A DNA stretch of 64,000 nt from contig NGBS01000871.1 in the NCBI GenBank assembly GCA_002245135.1, positions 372,001-436,000 on the forward strand. Reading direction: 5' to 3'. Numbering within the stretch: position 1 is the first letter of the stretch; the number at the start of each line of letters is the position of its first letter. The DNA comes from Proteromonas lacertae. Its lineage: Eukaryota. The notes under the pieces are model-generated. The model was not told the DNA's origin. It saw only the letters and a list, made by a program, of their open reading frames with translations, and made no database searches. The position numbers and the translations under genes were made by a program. Below are positions 21,301-34,500 of the stretch, piece by piece.

Positions 21301-21906
21301 ACAGTCTGTAAAATAGAATACCAACAAAGTTCTGATTATAGAGAAGGTGTAGAAAAAGAATTAGTTAATGATTTACAAAATGCAGAATTACAAGCAAGAT
21401 TCATTGAAACACAAACAGCAGAAAACCAAGCAAAAGCTGCCTTAGATGACACTCAAAAAGCATATGAAGGTTTACAAAAATCCTTAACAAATGTCTTAGA
21501 AGAAAAAGAAAAAAGAATTCAATATTATAAAGACGAAATGAATCGATTATTAGAAGAAGGTATTTATCGAATCACAGAGTTATTAGAAGGTAAAGAATCA
21601 GCAATTAGTGACTTAAGACGTGAACAAGATAATGCAGAGAGAAGAGCCAGGAGAATATTATTAGGAAAAAGACATGAAGATCGTATAGAGTACTTTGCAC
21701 AAATTAAAGATCAACAACATGAAGAACATATTCAAAGATTACAAGGTCCAGTTACTGCAGCTGAAGCGAGATCATTCTCTCAGAAGATTCATAATACAGT
21801 AAATAGTGCAATTAATGATCATAAGTTTAAAACGGATAGTACTACAACACTTACTAATGAATGGACGAATGATGCTGATACTTTGAAGAAACAACAAGAT
21901 GCAATC

Positions 21907-21947
<41 letters not shown>

Positions 21948-24309
21948 TATTGTAATAGTCTAACGAATATAAAGAGAATATAATCTCAACTGCTGAAGAT
22001 TTGAATTTCAAAAAAGGAGCCGTTATGGTTGATGTATTTTACAAAATTTCACAAGAGATTGAAAAGAAGAATATCATTCATTATCAAAAGTTATTTATTA
22101 AGAGATTGAGAATTATTATTTTAATAAAGAAAGCCAATAAAAACAGAGTAAAGAGAGAATTGAAGAGTTTGTGTAGAATATGTGCAAGATATCAATACTT
22201 ATATAAAGCTATGCCAGTGTATATATATAATATTATGATGATTCTATAATAGATATCATTGTTTAAGGACAAAATATATATGTTTCAAAAAATGGTTATT
22301 CTACATGAAGAACTTATATCAATACGAATCAAGTGGATTAAATATGAAGATTGCTCGAAGATCTCATTTCGTAAAGGAATTCTCCAAGTATTTACAGATT
22401 AGAGATAAGAATAAAGAGAATCAAAATAAACTATTTGAAATTGTATATATTTATATACCAATTAATTTATCATTATTAAATAGAAATTAAATACTTTATG
22501 GATAAGATGGAAAGAATTTACTTATACTCAAAAGTGTTATAAATCATTACTTGATTTATTCCATCAGAAACATAATATTCGATTATTAAGAAGAATCTTC
22601 TTCGCTTGGAAATTCCACTTGAAACCAAGATATGATATTAATCCAACTCACTGCTTCAAAGAATTGAATATTGTTTATGATTTACAGAGATATAAATCAA
22701 AATATTTGATGGTTGTATGAATATAAATAATATAAATAATATATATATATATATTTAAAATAGATTCATCGTAATTATTCTCAGGTAATTAGAAAAAGAA
22801 ATGAAGATGAAAGTAGAAGATTACAAGAAATTAATGAACATAAACAGACACTTAGAAAATTACAACAAAAACAATCTGAGAAAATCGATGCAAGACTTAA
22901 AATGGAAAAGAGATTACTATTCTCAGAATTTGTGGATAGAAAAATATCAAAGTATATATTTACTATTATATATATATTTATTTATTAATAATAGTCGTCG
23001 TGATGAAGAAACTGAAATATTCGGTGGTGGATGGAATGGTGCAACAATCTCAGATCCTGTCATGCCTTTAAGAGAAAAAGTTAAAGAGATAATCATCTAC
23101 ACTAGTTATACAGTAGAAGGCTTACAAATGATAACTACTGATTTAGCGCAAGATGTTGCTTTACTATTTCATGGGAAATACAATAGCCAATCATCAACTA
23201 AAGAAATATTTGAACTTAACTACAACGAACATCTTATAGCAATGGATATTTCAGCTACAAATCTAATAGGAGCAGTTCGATTCTATACTTCAAAAGGAAG
23301 AGTAAGTAAATGGTATGGTAAAGGAATTGTCAAACCTTATCATAAGGTAGGTGATTTAGAAGCATGTCGAGGAAGAATTAGTGATTGTACAACCACAATT
23401 ATTGGATTTATCACACGTAGTACTGCTGATGATATAGCTGGCTTAGGTATTAGATTAAGAAAAGTGGTAGAACAGAAAGTATTTATGAATTGTTTCCATG
23501 AAATTAATATGAATGTCTCTCAGAAGAAACAAGATGAAGATGATGAAGAATTATTAACAACAATAATACGTATGAGATCATGTGATGTAAAAGCAATATT
23601 ACGTAGAGCACAAAACTTAGCGAAGAGAGTGAAGAAAGGCGAAGGAGATGTTCCAGAAGAATTGAAATCCTTAAAAATTGCATTTCATTTATCAGAATGG
23701 TTTTTTAATGCTTTAACTCCTGGATTAGTCAGAGCTCCAACTATACAAGAGGAATCAGAAGGCAGACAGTTGGTATATCAAGGAAAAGATTTACTCGATA
23801 AAGCTAAGGAAAGAATGGATGAAGCTGAATTAATACTTGAAAATATAAAACAGTATGTGAATGACGAAAATGAAGATTTTGATATGAAGTTAGGGTTGTT
23901 AGGTACTAGACAGCAGAAACAGATTATGCAGATAGCTAATCAGGCAAGAGATTTGAAGAAACAAGCAAAAGAGTTGGAAGAAAGAGGAAATGCGTTGATA
24001 AAAGAAGGACAGGATAAAATGCCTAAATTCAATGTTACTACTAGTATATTTTGTATATTTATTTATATCAATAGAATTCAGAGAATACTTTGAGAAATTG
24101 TATCGATTGTCAAGAACATTGTTTGTGCTTAAGCAGAGTGGTGTTGATGTCAATAAATTGGTTGAAGAAACTGAAGTATTTTTATATTTGTTGTTTATTC
24201 ATAATAGGATCAAGAATTTAATTTAGATGAGTTTGAAGAAGAAATTAAATCATTGAAGATTCAACAGTCTGCGTTATTATTACTTCATAGAGATGAAGGG
24301 GTTTTGTAA
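18336..24309 (+). CDS. Large multi-exon protein: C2H2 zinc finger, Trp-containing Sfi1-like (centrin-binding-type) repeats, coiled coils and a jacalin-like beta-prism domain
   Basis: ATG at 18336, about 15 short GT-AG introns (not all junctions checked), stop at 24307-24309. FQCFVCQKIFETDYKLRLHIIEH; LVLTSWSR, HFASWKF, GFEKWLTY, RRIFFAWKF; jacalin-like IFGGGWNG...GAVRFYTSKGRVSKWYG...IIGFITRS...IAGLG (~23020-23455). Confidence 0.7.
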
Positions 24310-24517
24310 ATTAATATATATTATATTTTATGTACTATTTCGTTGTGTAATTTGGGGAAATGCTAAATGTTATTCATTCACTGCTTATCTCACAACAATC
24401 GTTTTTAATATTATCAAACCTGTTCAAGCCTTTTTTATCGTTTTTTTAATTTCAAGATTTTCTATAACTTCTACTTATTTATTAAACATATTTATATTTG
24501 AATAGTTATCTTTATAA

Positions 24518-27500
24518 ATGCCATCGTATGATTAACATATTTTTATTTTTGTAATGTTAGTAAGGATTTAATTTTTGATGAATACAATTTCTTCACCAAT
24601 GGAAGGTCATACAGATTCTCTGAAAATTCATTATTTATTTTTGACACAGATAGTAGGTTTCGTAAGATTTGTGTTAAAATAGTAACACACAAAATCTTTG
24701 ATATTTTTATACTACTGCTTATATTGCTTAATTCAATTTTATTGGCAATAGGAGATTATAATTGTGTTGATCTAAAGACTTTAGTATATTCAGTGGTGTT
24801 AATATATGTATATAGTCTCCAACACATGCTGGTATTAATCCATACACATTAGAAAAATGCAAATCATTTCGAAATAGTTTTTCTGATGAATTAGATCTTC
24901 CTTTCACTATTATATTCACATTAGAATGTGTTTTGAAAATAGTTGCAATGGGATTTATATTAGGAAAGTATATATTTTCATTTGTATATATTTATTATTT
25001 ATATAGAGGTTCTTATTTAAGAGATGGTTGGAATTGGATTGATTTTATTGTGGTAGTAACAAGCTTATTATCAAGTCTTCCAGGATTTCCTAAGATCTCT
25101 TTCGTAAGAGCACTTCGAGTTTTAAGGCCTTTAAGAACATTAAATAGAGTTCCAAGAATGAAACTGCTTATAACAGCTTTATTAACTTCAATACCAGATT
25201 TAGCAAATGTATTGGTTTTATTAGTTTTTGTTTTTGCTATTTTTGGTATTTTAGCACTTAATTTTTTGATTGGAACAACTCATTATAGATGCAGATTAAC
25301 TCCATATCCTATAGCTGTGAATAAAACACTTTATAGTATTTATACAGATTTAGAAATGGATTGGTATACTGATGGTAAACCAAATAATTCAATAGTTTAT
25401 GATATTATTTATAATAGAGAAAAATTTCCATTTTGTCATTATGATAATAATGTATCAGCTATTATTCCATTGGATGATAAATCATGGAATCAAGGTACTT
25501 CTGATTGGACAACACCTCGAACTTGTGTTTGGCCAACTGATCAAGAAACAATACGATTATGTGGTGATAAGAATGGAGGTGATTATAAATGTCCAAGTAA
25601 TATGTATTGTGAATCAAATTATGATAATTATGGCAATCCAAGATTTGTATCAGATGTAAGGAATTACATGCAAGAAGCGACTTTCTATGAAGAATTTGGT
25701 TATGGTTATCCTATCTTTGATAATATAGGAGATGTAGCAATGTCTGTTATTCAAGCATTGACATTAGAAGGTTGGAGTGATTTGATGTATGCTTATATGG
25801 ATTGCTATTCACAATGGTTTCCTATTATTTGGTATTGTTTATTAGTTATTTGTGGTAATTATTTTGTATTAAACTTAATGTTAGCTGTTATTTTCACCAA
25901 ATTTAATGAAGCTCAAGAAGAATCAAGGCTTATGAAGAAGTTAGAACTACAAACTAAAAATCAAAATAGTGCTATTTATAAAGCAAGAACAAGTCAACAA
26001 ATCAGACAATTATATGATCAACCAAACTTCATAAGAAGATGGTGTTATAGAATATCAAGTCATTCTTATTTTCAAGCTTTTATTATATTATGTATTTTGA
26101 TTAATTCTGTTACATTGGCACTTGATAAATACCCGCCAAATGATGCAATGACAGCAAAAGCAGAATATATTAACTTTACATTAACCTGTATATTTATGTT
26201 AGAAATGGTATTGAAATTAATTGGATATGGTCCATTCTTATATGTAAAAGATGGTTTTAATATATTTGATGCAATTATTGTAATTGTTAGTATTGTTGAA
26301 TTGATTATGGTTCCTCCTGAATTTTTAGTTGCAACAGGTGAAATGAATACTTCAGGTATATCAGCTTTGAGAACATTTAGATTGTTTCGTTTATTCAAAT
26401 TAGCAAGATCATGGAAATCTTTGCAAGAGATTTTAAAAACATTAGGAAAATCAGTTGAAGATATTTTAAACTTTTCTGTTTTATTGATGTTATATATGTT
26501 TGTTGAAACATTAACAGGATGTACATTTTTTTCACATTTATTTCATTTTGATCCAGTTAGTGGTTATGTTATTCATATTCAAGAAGAAGGATATCTTGAA
26601 GCAGATATTCCACGATCTAGATATGATGATTTTTATTATTCATTAATGACAGTTTTTCAACATTTGGCTGTTGATAATTATAACTTAGTAATGTATGATC
26701 AAAGAAGAGCTACAACTTGGGTGAGTGAAATTTATACATTCAATTTGATTATTGTTGGTAATTGGGTTGTATTGAACTTATTCTTAGCTATCTTACTTGG
26801 TAATTTCGATGAAGGTGATACATTCTCAACATCAAAAGGTGATTCAACAATGAGTAGAATGGTAAAATCAGTTTATAAAGGTGTAAAATTTGTGGTTTGT
26901 TGTTGTAGAAGATCAAAAGTTGCTCCAGATTCATCAACAACTATGTCAACTCAAGAAGGGTCAGTTCATGTTACTAGTCAAGAAAGCATGTCATTAAAAC
27001 ATTCAACAAGTGCACTTGAAATAAAAGTAACAAACGCTGGTTCTCCTCGTCTATTTAAGCATGTTTCATCATTAGGATTAGTGGGTGATAATAATAATAG
27101 TGTCACAGCTGGTATTCCTGCTACCCCAAATAAGGGACTTTTAAAAGCAGCAAATTATGATAAACATAAACCAAGAATTAATACTAATCTTAGTCGTGGT
27201 CCATCCAGACAAAATTCAACAATCAGTCCTCATGATAATGATGAATTAGTAATTAATACACCTAACAACAACCATTCTAGTATGAGTAATAATCTTCCAT
27301 TGAAAAGATCAGCGACTGCTGATAAAAGAGGAATTTTATTATTAAAAGCACAACAAGTAAATTTATTTATTTTTTATTTATTTATTTTATAGAAAATTGA
27401 TGGTACTACCGTTACATCTTCCACTCCAATGTCAAGAACAACAAGTATGATGAATGTAAAAGATAAAAAGAAAAATGATCTAAAAAATATTACAGCTGCT

Positions 27501-30176
27501 GCATTTTTAAAGAAACAAAGATTAGAAACACAGAGATCAGCAGTTTCTACTCCACAAAAATCTGGAATGTTTAGTAAATCTACAACTCCCAGAAAAAGTA
27601 AAAGCAGCAGAATGTCTTCAGGTACTTCTATGAGTAGTGATAGTGGTGATGATGTTACAGCTGATTATTTTATGACAAACATGTCAGTAACTGATGATAC
27701 AAAAATACCAATAGAAGGAAAAGCATTCTTTTTATTATCACCAGATAATTGGTTAAGAGAACATATAGCTGGAATGGTACAAACTAAAATATTTGATAAT
27801 ATTGTTCTTGCACTTATTTTGATTAGTTCAGTATGTTTAGCAATAGAAAATCCACTTCGTGATCCTGATAGTGTTATTTCTGATATTTTAGAAGTTCTTG
27901 ATATTGTTTTGACTGTATTATTTGCCATTGAAATGGTAATGAAAATGATAACTTATGGTTTGATTCTAGGTCAACATGCTTATTTAAGAAGTGCTTGGAA
28001 TTTTCTTGATTGTTTTGTGGTTATTGTTTCAATATTAGCTTTAATTCCATCAGTAAGTGTAAGTTCAAATTTAACTGCTTTAAGAGCATTACGTACATTT
28101 AGAGCATTAAGACCTTTAAGAATGATTAGTAGAAATCCTGGTTTGAAATTAGTTGTTAATGCATTAATATCATCAGTGCCAGGTATTGTAAATGTTGCAT
28201 TGATTGCTTTGTTGATATTCTTAATATTCTCAATTGTTGGTGTTAATTATATGAAAGGTTTGAATGGTGGTTGTATGGGTGATTGTTTTGATGCATTAAG
28301 TGAAGATCAAGTTGATTTAATTACATATCCAAGATATTATAGTAATTTAACAGATGCAGAAAGATTATGGGGTGATGGAAGTTATAAAGGTAAAAAATCA
28401 AAAGCTGTTTGTGAATGGATGGGATGTGAATGGAATGAAGAATTTCATTGTCCACAAAACTTTAATAATGTATTTCAAGCATTATCAACATTCTTTCAAT
28501 TAATTACAACAGAAGGATGGATGGATGTAATGTATATAGCTACAGATGGAAGAGGAATTGGTATGCAACCTATTCCTGATAGTCAAATTGCTTGGTCATT
28601 CTTTTTTATGGCATTTATTGTTGTTGGTGCATTCTTCGTATTGAATCTATTTACTGGTGTTGTGATTGATAATTTCAATAATATGAAAAGAAAATTAGGT
28701 AAAGATCATGTGTTTTTAACAGATGAACAAAGAGAATGGGTAGAATTACAAGAAGCATTATTAGCAATGAAAGTACAAAGACCTTTAAAAAGACCAAAGA
28801 GTAGATTTAGAAGAAGATGTTTCAATTTGATAAGATCAACTATATTTGATTGGGTTATAATGATTTCCATTATCATTAACACAGTTTTCATGGCAGCTAA
28901 ATCATTTGGTGAACCACATGAGTTTACAAAAGCCGTAGAAATATTGAATTATATATTTGCTAGTCTTTTCACAATAGAAATGATATTGAAGTTACTTGGA
29001 CTTGGTTTAAAACAATATTTTAGTGATGGTTGGAATATATTTGATTTCTTAGTTACTATTGGTTCTGATATTGGTATTATATTACAATTGACGATGGGTA
29101 ATGCAAATCTTAGTGCATTATTAGTTGTAAGAACATTTAGAATTGGTAGAGTATTTAGATTAGTTCAATCTGCAAAAGCACTTCGAACATTATTCAATAC
29201 ATTAGTTTTGACTTTACCATCAATGGCAAATGTAACAGGTATTTTAATATTAATGTTTTTCATCTTTGCTGTGATGGGAGTTCAATTATTTGCAACAGTA
29301 AAAAATGGTGTAGTTTTGAATTATGCAATTCATTTCCGATCATTTGGTAGATCATTCTTAACACTATTCAGATGTGCTACTGGTGAAATTTGGGATTTAT
29401 TGATGTATGATTGTTTGAATAGTGAAGAATGTGATCCTAATTTAACATATAATCCACATATGTGTGGTTTTAATGATAGTCCTGATTGTATTCCATTAAA
29501 TGGATGTGGTACTTGGATGGCTTATATATTTTTCTTTGGTTTTACCACAGTAGTAACATTTGTACTTTTACAATTATTTATTGGAGTTATTCTTGATGGA
29601 TTTGGTAATATTTCTAACTCTGAGAATGCAAAATTAACTCCAGAACAATATGATCAATTTGTAACAGCTTGGAATCGTATATTAATTATTATATATATCT
29701 TTTATTAAATAGAAATTGATGTTGATGCAAAATGTTCAATTCCTTTATCTCAAATTGATGATTTATTTCTTCTTATTCCGCCTCCAATGGGCTTTGGTGA
29801 AGGAATAATTGGACCAGATCTGAGAGAAAGAATCTCAAAACTTCGAATTCCTATGTATAAAAGAGGTGGTGATGAACCAAGAGTTTATTTCAGTGATGTT
29901 GTTTTAGCATGTGCCAGAAGAATTGTTGAAGATGATTTAAGAGAGAGAGGAGTTGAAGATATTGATTTAGATTTACCACCAGAACATAGAGCCAATAAAG
30001 CCTGGAAAAAGAAATTTAAAAAGCTGAAGCATGTTACTGATAAGGATATTGTATATAATATTCAACATTATGCTGCTGTTTATAAATTACTATCTGCTTA
30101 TCATTGTTATAAATTCAGAAAACAAATGATGATTCAAGAAGAATTAAGTCCTAAAATTCCTCCTATCGATTTGTAA
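24518..30176 (+). CDS. Four-domain (4x6TM) voltage-gated Ca2+/Na+ channel alpha subunit; introns 24526-24560, 24784-24815, 24968-25006, 27357-27392, 29677-29712
   Basis: Four S4 segments (RALRVLRPLR, LRTFRLFRLFK, RALRTFRALRPLR, RTFRIGRVFR) and four P-loops (TLEGW, AVDNY, TTEGW, TGEIW). C-terminal EF-hand-like region (WNQIDVDAKCSI...PPPMGFG) and IQ-like segment. All five introns restore frame. Confidence 0.95.
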
Positions 30177-30288
30177 ATTAATATAGAAATAAAAATAGTT
30201 ATAAATCTATCTATATATTCATATGATAATCTGTGTTTCGTAATGCAAACAAATACATTTTAAACACTTTCTCAAACATTGCTTGAAA

Positions 30289-31480
30289 ATGAATAATCCA
30301 TTAACTTACGAACAAAGGAATTATTACTGCTCTAAATTCGCTGATTATTATAGAAAGTATACTATCATTTGAATAATTGTATAGATTACACGGCTTAACA
30401 GAAGATGACAAAAGAATCCTAAATAAACTAGCTATCAGTCAATTCTTATCATCAGCTGTCTATGGAGCATTTATAGGTTTCATAGGCTCTACTACAAGAT
30501 CCAAAATAGTCATTTCAGTAGTAACTACTGCTTTGGTGTATATGAATGATCCAATAAAGTATGAGTTTATGAGAAAAAGTACTCCATATTATTATGCAAT
30601 CAATTCATAGTATAATAATACAAATTATTCTAAAAATCTAGTTACAATATAGCAGGTCGAGTAACAAAACAATTTCCAGAAGTGAAATTATCTCTAAATA
30701 CTAAATCGACACCCAATCAACCTCTAACATTTATAGATAAATATGTTTATGGTTTTTCAGATGTTAAACAAATACCATTAGATGTTTTAAATTCTACTGA
30801 TCCTTTATTACAATATCTTAGGCATTTGCCATTAACAAGTGAACATCATAAATTAATGAATCAAGACGTGCCACTTTATAATTTAGATTATAGTGATTAT
30901 GATAGAATAACAAATTATCCAAAGATTATATCAAATGATAAAAGCAGTATGTTTCTACTTAATGAAAACAGTAATACTATAACATTCATTGCAAATTCAT
31001 CTTCAATGGATAATAATAATAATAAAGCAATAGAAAAACTTGTTGAAAATGAAAATCAAAGTAAATTCAATAATATAAAGAATAATCAAAGTGAAACAAA
31101 CGAAGATAATAGAATAATAATACATAAAAATGAAAATGTTGAGAATGAAGAAATAAAGAATGATATTGTGATTAATTTAAATGAAATTGGCAATAATGAT
31201 GATTTATACGATAAATATTCTTCCAGTTATTCGTATTATCCAACATTTTCTCCAACTATTCATGATCATGGTATATATTTTATGATTATATTTTAATTTT
31301 ATAGAAGAAGATATTTCTTTGAGTGAATATTTGGATGAGAGAAATAAAACTGATGGAGAACATTCTATGAGAATAATTGATCCTATAAAAGAGAAGAAGA
31401 AGAAATATATCAAAGCATTAAGTGATGGAGATGAATGGGCTGTGAAATATTATGAATATAATGAAGCTAAAAGAAAATAA
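30289..31480 (+). CDS. Uncharacterised protein with an N-terminal hydrophobic hairpin; 4 exons
   Basis: ATG at 30289 (MNNPLTYEQ); three short GT-AG introns near 30357, 30610 and 31272 link the ORF fragments; hydrophobic AVYGAFIGFIG...IVISVVTTALVY; stop at 31478-31480. Confidence 0.6.
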
Positions 31481-31564
31481 AACTAATTAATTGAGTATAA
31501 AAACAATTTAAGAATAACATGGTTATATAATAATAAAAATAATATCATAAACTAAAACAGATGT

Positions 31565-34500
31565 TTATAATGCAGTTTCTTCTTCAGAACTATCATCATC
31601 TTCACTATCTTCTTCTTCTTCAGAACTTTCTTCTTTCTTTGCTTTTCTCTTCTTTTCAGTCTTTACATATGTTTCTTTTTTATTATTATCATCATCATCA
31701 TCACTTTTCTTTATTTCTACATTCTTTTCATCTTTCATTTCATCTCCACCTACTAAATTATTATAATTATCACCTGTTTTACCTATTCTAACTCCTTTAC
31801 CTTTAGCTGCTACTGGTTTTGAAGGTCTTCTCATCACAACTGAATGATTTCTTAAGAAGAATATAATTATCACAGCAATTATCAAAAATCCAAATATTCC
31901 ACCAAATACTCCTCCAACTATTGCTCCTGTATTACTAGAGCTTTTTACTTTTTCAATTGTCGTGGGTTTATCAAAACTAACTGAACTGCTTTGGAATGAA
32001 GTTGTATATTCTGATCCTTTTAATCCTGTTCTTATTTTTAATTGAATTGAGGAGGAAGATATATCAGATGAAATACTTGATGGATTATTTGTTTCTATAT
32101 ACACATCTAATATTACTGTTCTTGATTGTAATAATCTTAAACGAGATGTATGTTGTTCAACAATTACACTATTTACTTCTATATTTAATGATTCAGCTAC
32201 ACTTATTTGAACTGCTAGCTTCATCATATTATTTAGAGAACCTATTACACTAGATATTGTAATGGTGATTTTTACATATTCTTTATTTACATCAGGTATA
32301 AACACATCACTACTTCTACATTGACTAGTATCAATATTACCCCAATGACCAGATACACCACTTGCATCAGATTCACATAATCTTATCATCATTCCATATC
32401 CTTCATCACAAAGCGCTTGAGCATATTTATTTATATCTGTGGAAGGCCATCTACCATCAGCTGGACATTTTGGAAGGGTTATTGAGAATGTAAGTATTAC
32501 TGGAGTGGATGATCCTAAACTACTTGATCCTGTTACTCTACACACTGAACTCATTGCTTTGGATGCTTTTCCTGTAAATGTTCCTGTGGTTGTACTGAAA
32601 TCAATTCCTTCTAAAGTAGGTAAACAACTATAACTCCATGATGTTATTGGACCATTTACTATATTTTGAGGTGAAATTATTCCAATATCTTCATTATAAG
32701 TGAATGAATATGAGGATTTAGGATAAGTGAAAGATGGTAACTTTGGTGTACAAGTTCCACTTTCTTGTCCCCATACTGGATCTTTACCTTCACCACATAT
32801 TCTTGTTTTACTACCCTCATATCCTGTAGGACAATCCATTTTTACTGTTTCTCCTGCATTGGTTGCTGGCCAGGATATTGAACTTGATATTGTAGCTGGA
32901 CATTTAGGTTGAATCACTTCGATTGTAATTGTTGTTGTTACTGAAGTACCAGATACAGCTGCAGATACTACATATGATTTTGATGATTCAGCTGTTCCTT
33001 TAGTTGCTCTACCATATATTTTTCCTGAATCAGAGGTTATACTCAATCCTGATGGTAATGATGGATTAATTGAATAAGATTTTACTACACCATTAGCTAT
33101 TGGAGGATCATATTTACTCTCTTCTATGTCAACATAAAATCTCATTGTTGTTTCTGGATATGTTATTGTAGTTGCATAATTCTCAGTTATAGTTATTCCT
33201 ATTGTAGCTGTGTAAGTTTTATCATCATTACCAGTTCCTGATACTGTATAAGTTCTTCTTGCTTGCTCAGATGCACCAGATCCACTTATTGTTCCTGTCT
33301 TTGGATCAAATTGGAAATTGGGCGGTAATGATGGATTTATACTTAAATCTCCTTTAATTTCAGTTAATATTGGTTGGATTGGTATTATAGCAGTATTCTT
33401 CAATTGAATGATTTCTTTTGTACGATATTCAATTGATGGATTTATCTTTACACAATTATCTATGATGCTTTGCCAAGCAGGATTTCCAAATCTATCATAA
33501 CCACAATATCTTTGTTTTTGACCTGTATAACCAGCATCACAATTCAATGTTGATAATGTTCCAGGATTTGTATCTGGGAATCCATCAGCTGCTTCACATA
33601 CTTTTGGTTTTTCTTTACATGTTGATATTTCTTCACTCCAAGATGGATTTATATCATTTGTACAAGTTCGACTTTTAGATCCTGTTTGACCTTCTGGACA
33701 ATCTACTGTAACAGTTACACCTGCATTAGTTGTGGGATAATCTGAATCAATACTTTGACATTTGGGTTGAACTAATTGGATTGTTATTTCATTACTTTCA
33801 ACAGCTACTGAGTTTTGTAAACCTTGAACTCGATATTTTTCTGTACCTTCACTTTGACCAGCTAATGGAGTTCCTGATATTATTCCACTTGTCACATCTA
33901 ATACTATACCTGGTGGAAGTGGCGGAACTGTATAAGTCAATATTATTGAACCTACTAAAGTTGGAGCAGATGTTTGATTCATAAATCCAATATTGAATAT
34001 ATATGATGATGGATTATATTTTATTGATGAAACTGTATTTTTCACTTTTATATTTAATGTTGTTGTTACTTGTAATTTCTGTTGCATTACTGTTACTGTT
34101 ATTTCCATACCTGCTTCTGCTGTTGCAGCTGTTGTTGTACCAGATATAACACCAGTATTTGTACTTATTGCTAATCCAGTTGGTAATGCTGTACTATATA
34201 TTAAGATAATCTCAGCACCAACTAAATTGGGAGTAATAAACACAGGATCATTCAAATTGAATGTATATTCAGCTGGAGAATACTCAATTGTTGCAGGTAA
34301 TAATATACAAGTTGATCTATCAGGGAATGACCAAACTGGTGCTCCACTTGATCCATCACAATATCTGCTTTGCTTACCTTCATATCCAACACCACAATCT
34401 TTTGTTGCATATGTTCCAGCTATTGTATCTTCAAATAAACCATCATTTAAACATTTCATTTCTTTTGCATATATTGTCACTTGAGTTATAAATGATGTAT

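Noticed and set aside
22801..22950. N-terminal part of the 430-aa ORF (MKMKVEDYKK...)
   Set aside because: Wrong frame. The real exon reads IHRNYSQVIRKRNEDES... and joins via the 43-nt intron 22952-22994.
18336..24309. Fragmented ORFs suggesting stop-codon reassignment, frameshifting or pseudogenes
   Set aside because: The breaks I checked are explained by short GT-AG introns, and multi-kb exons lack in-frame TAA/TAG/TGA, so the standard code applies.
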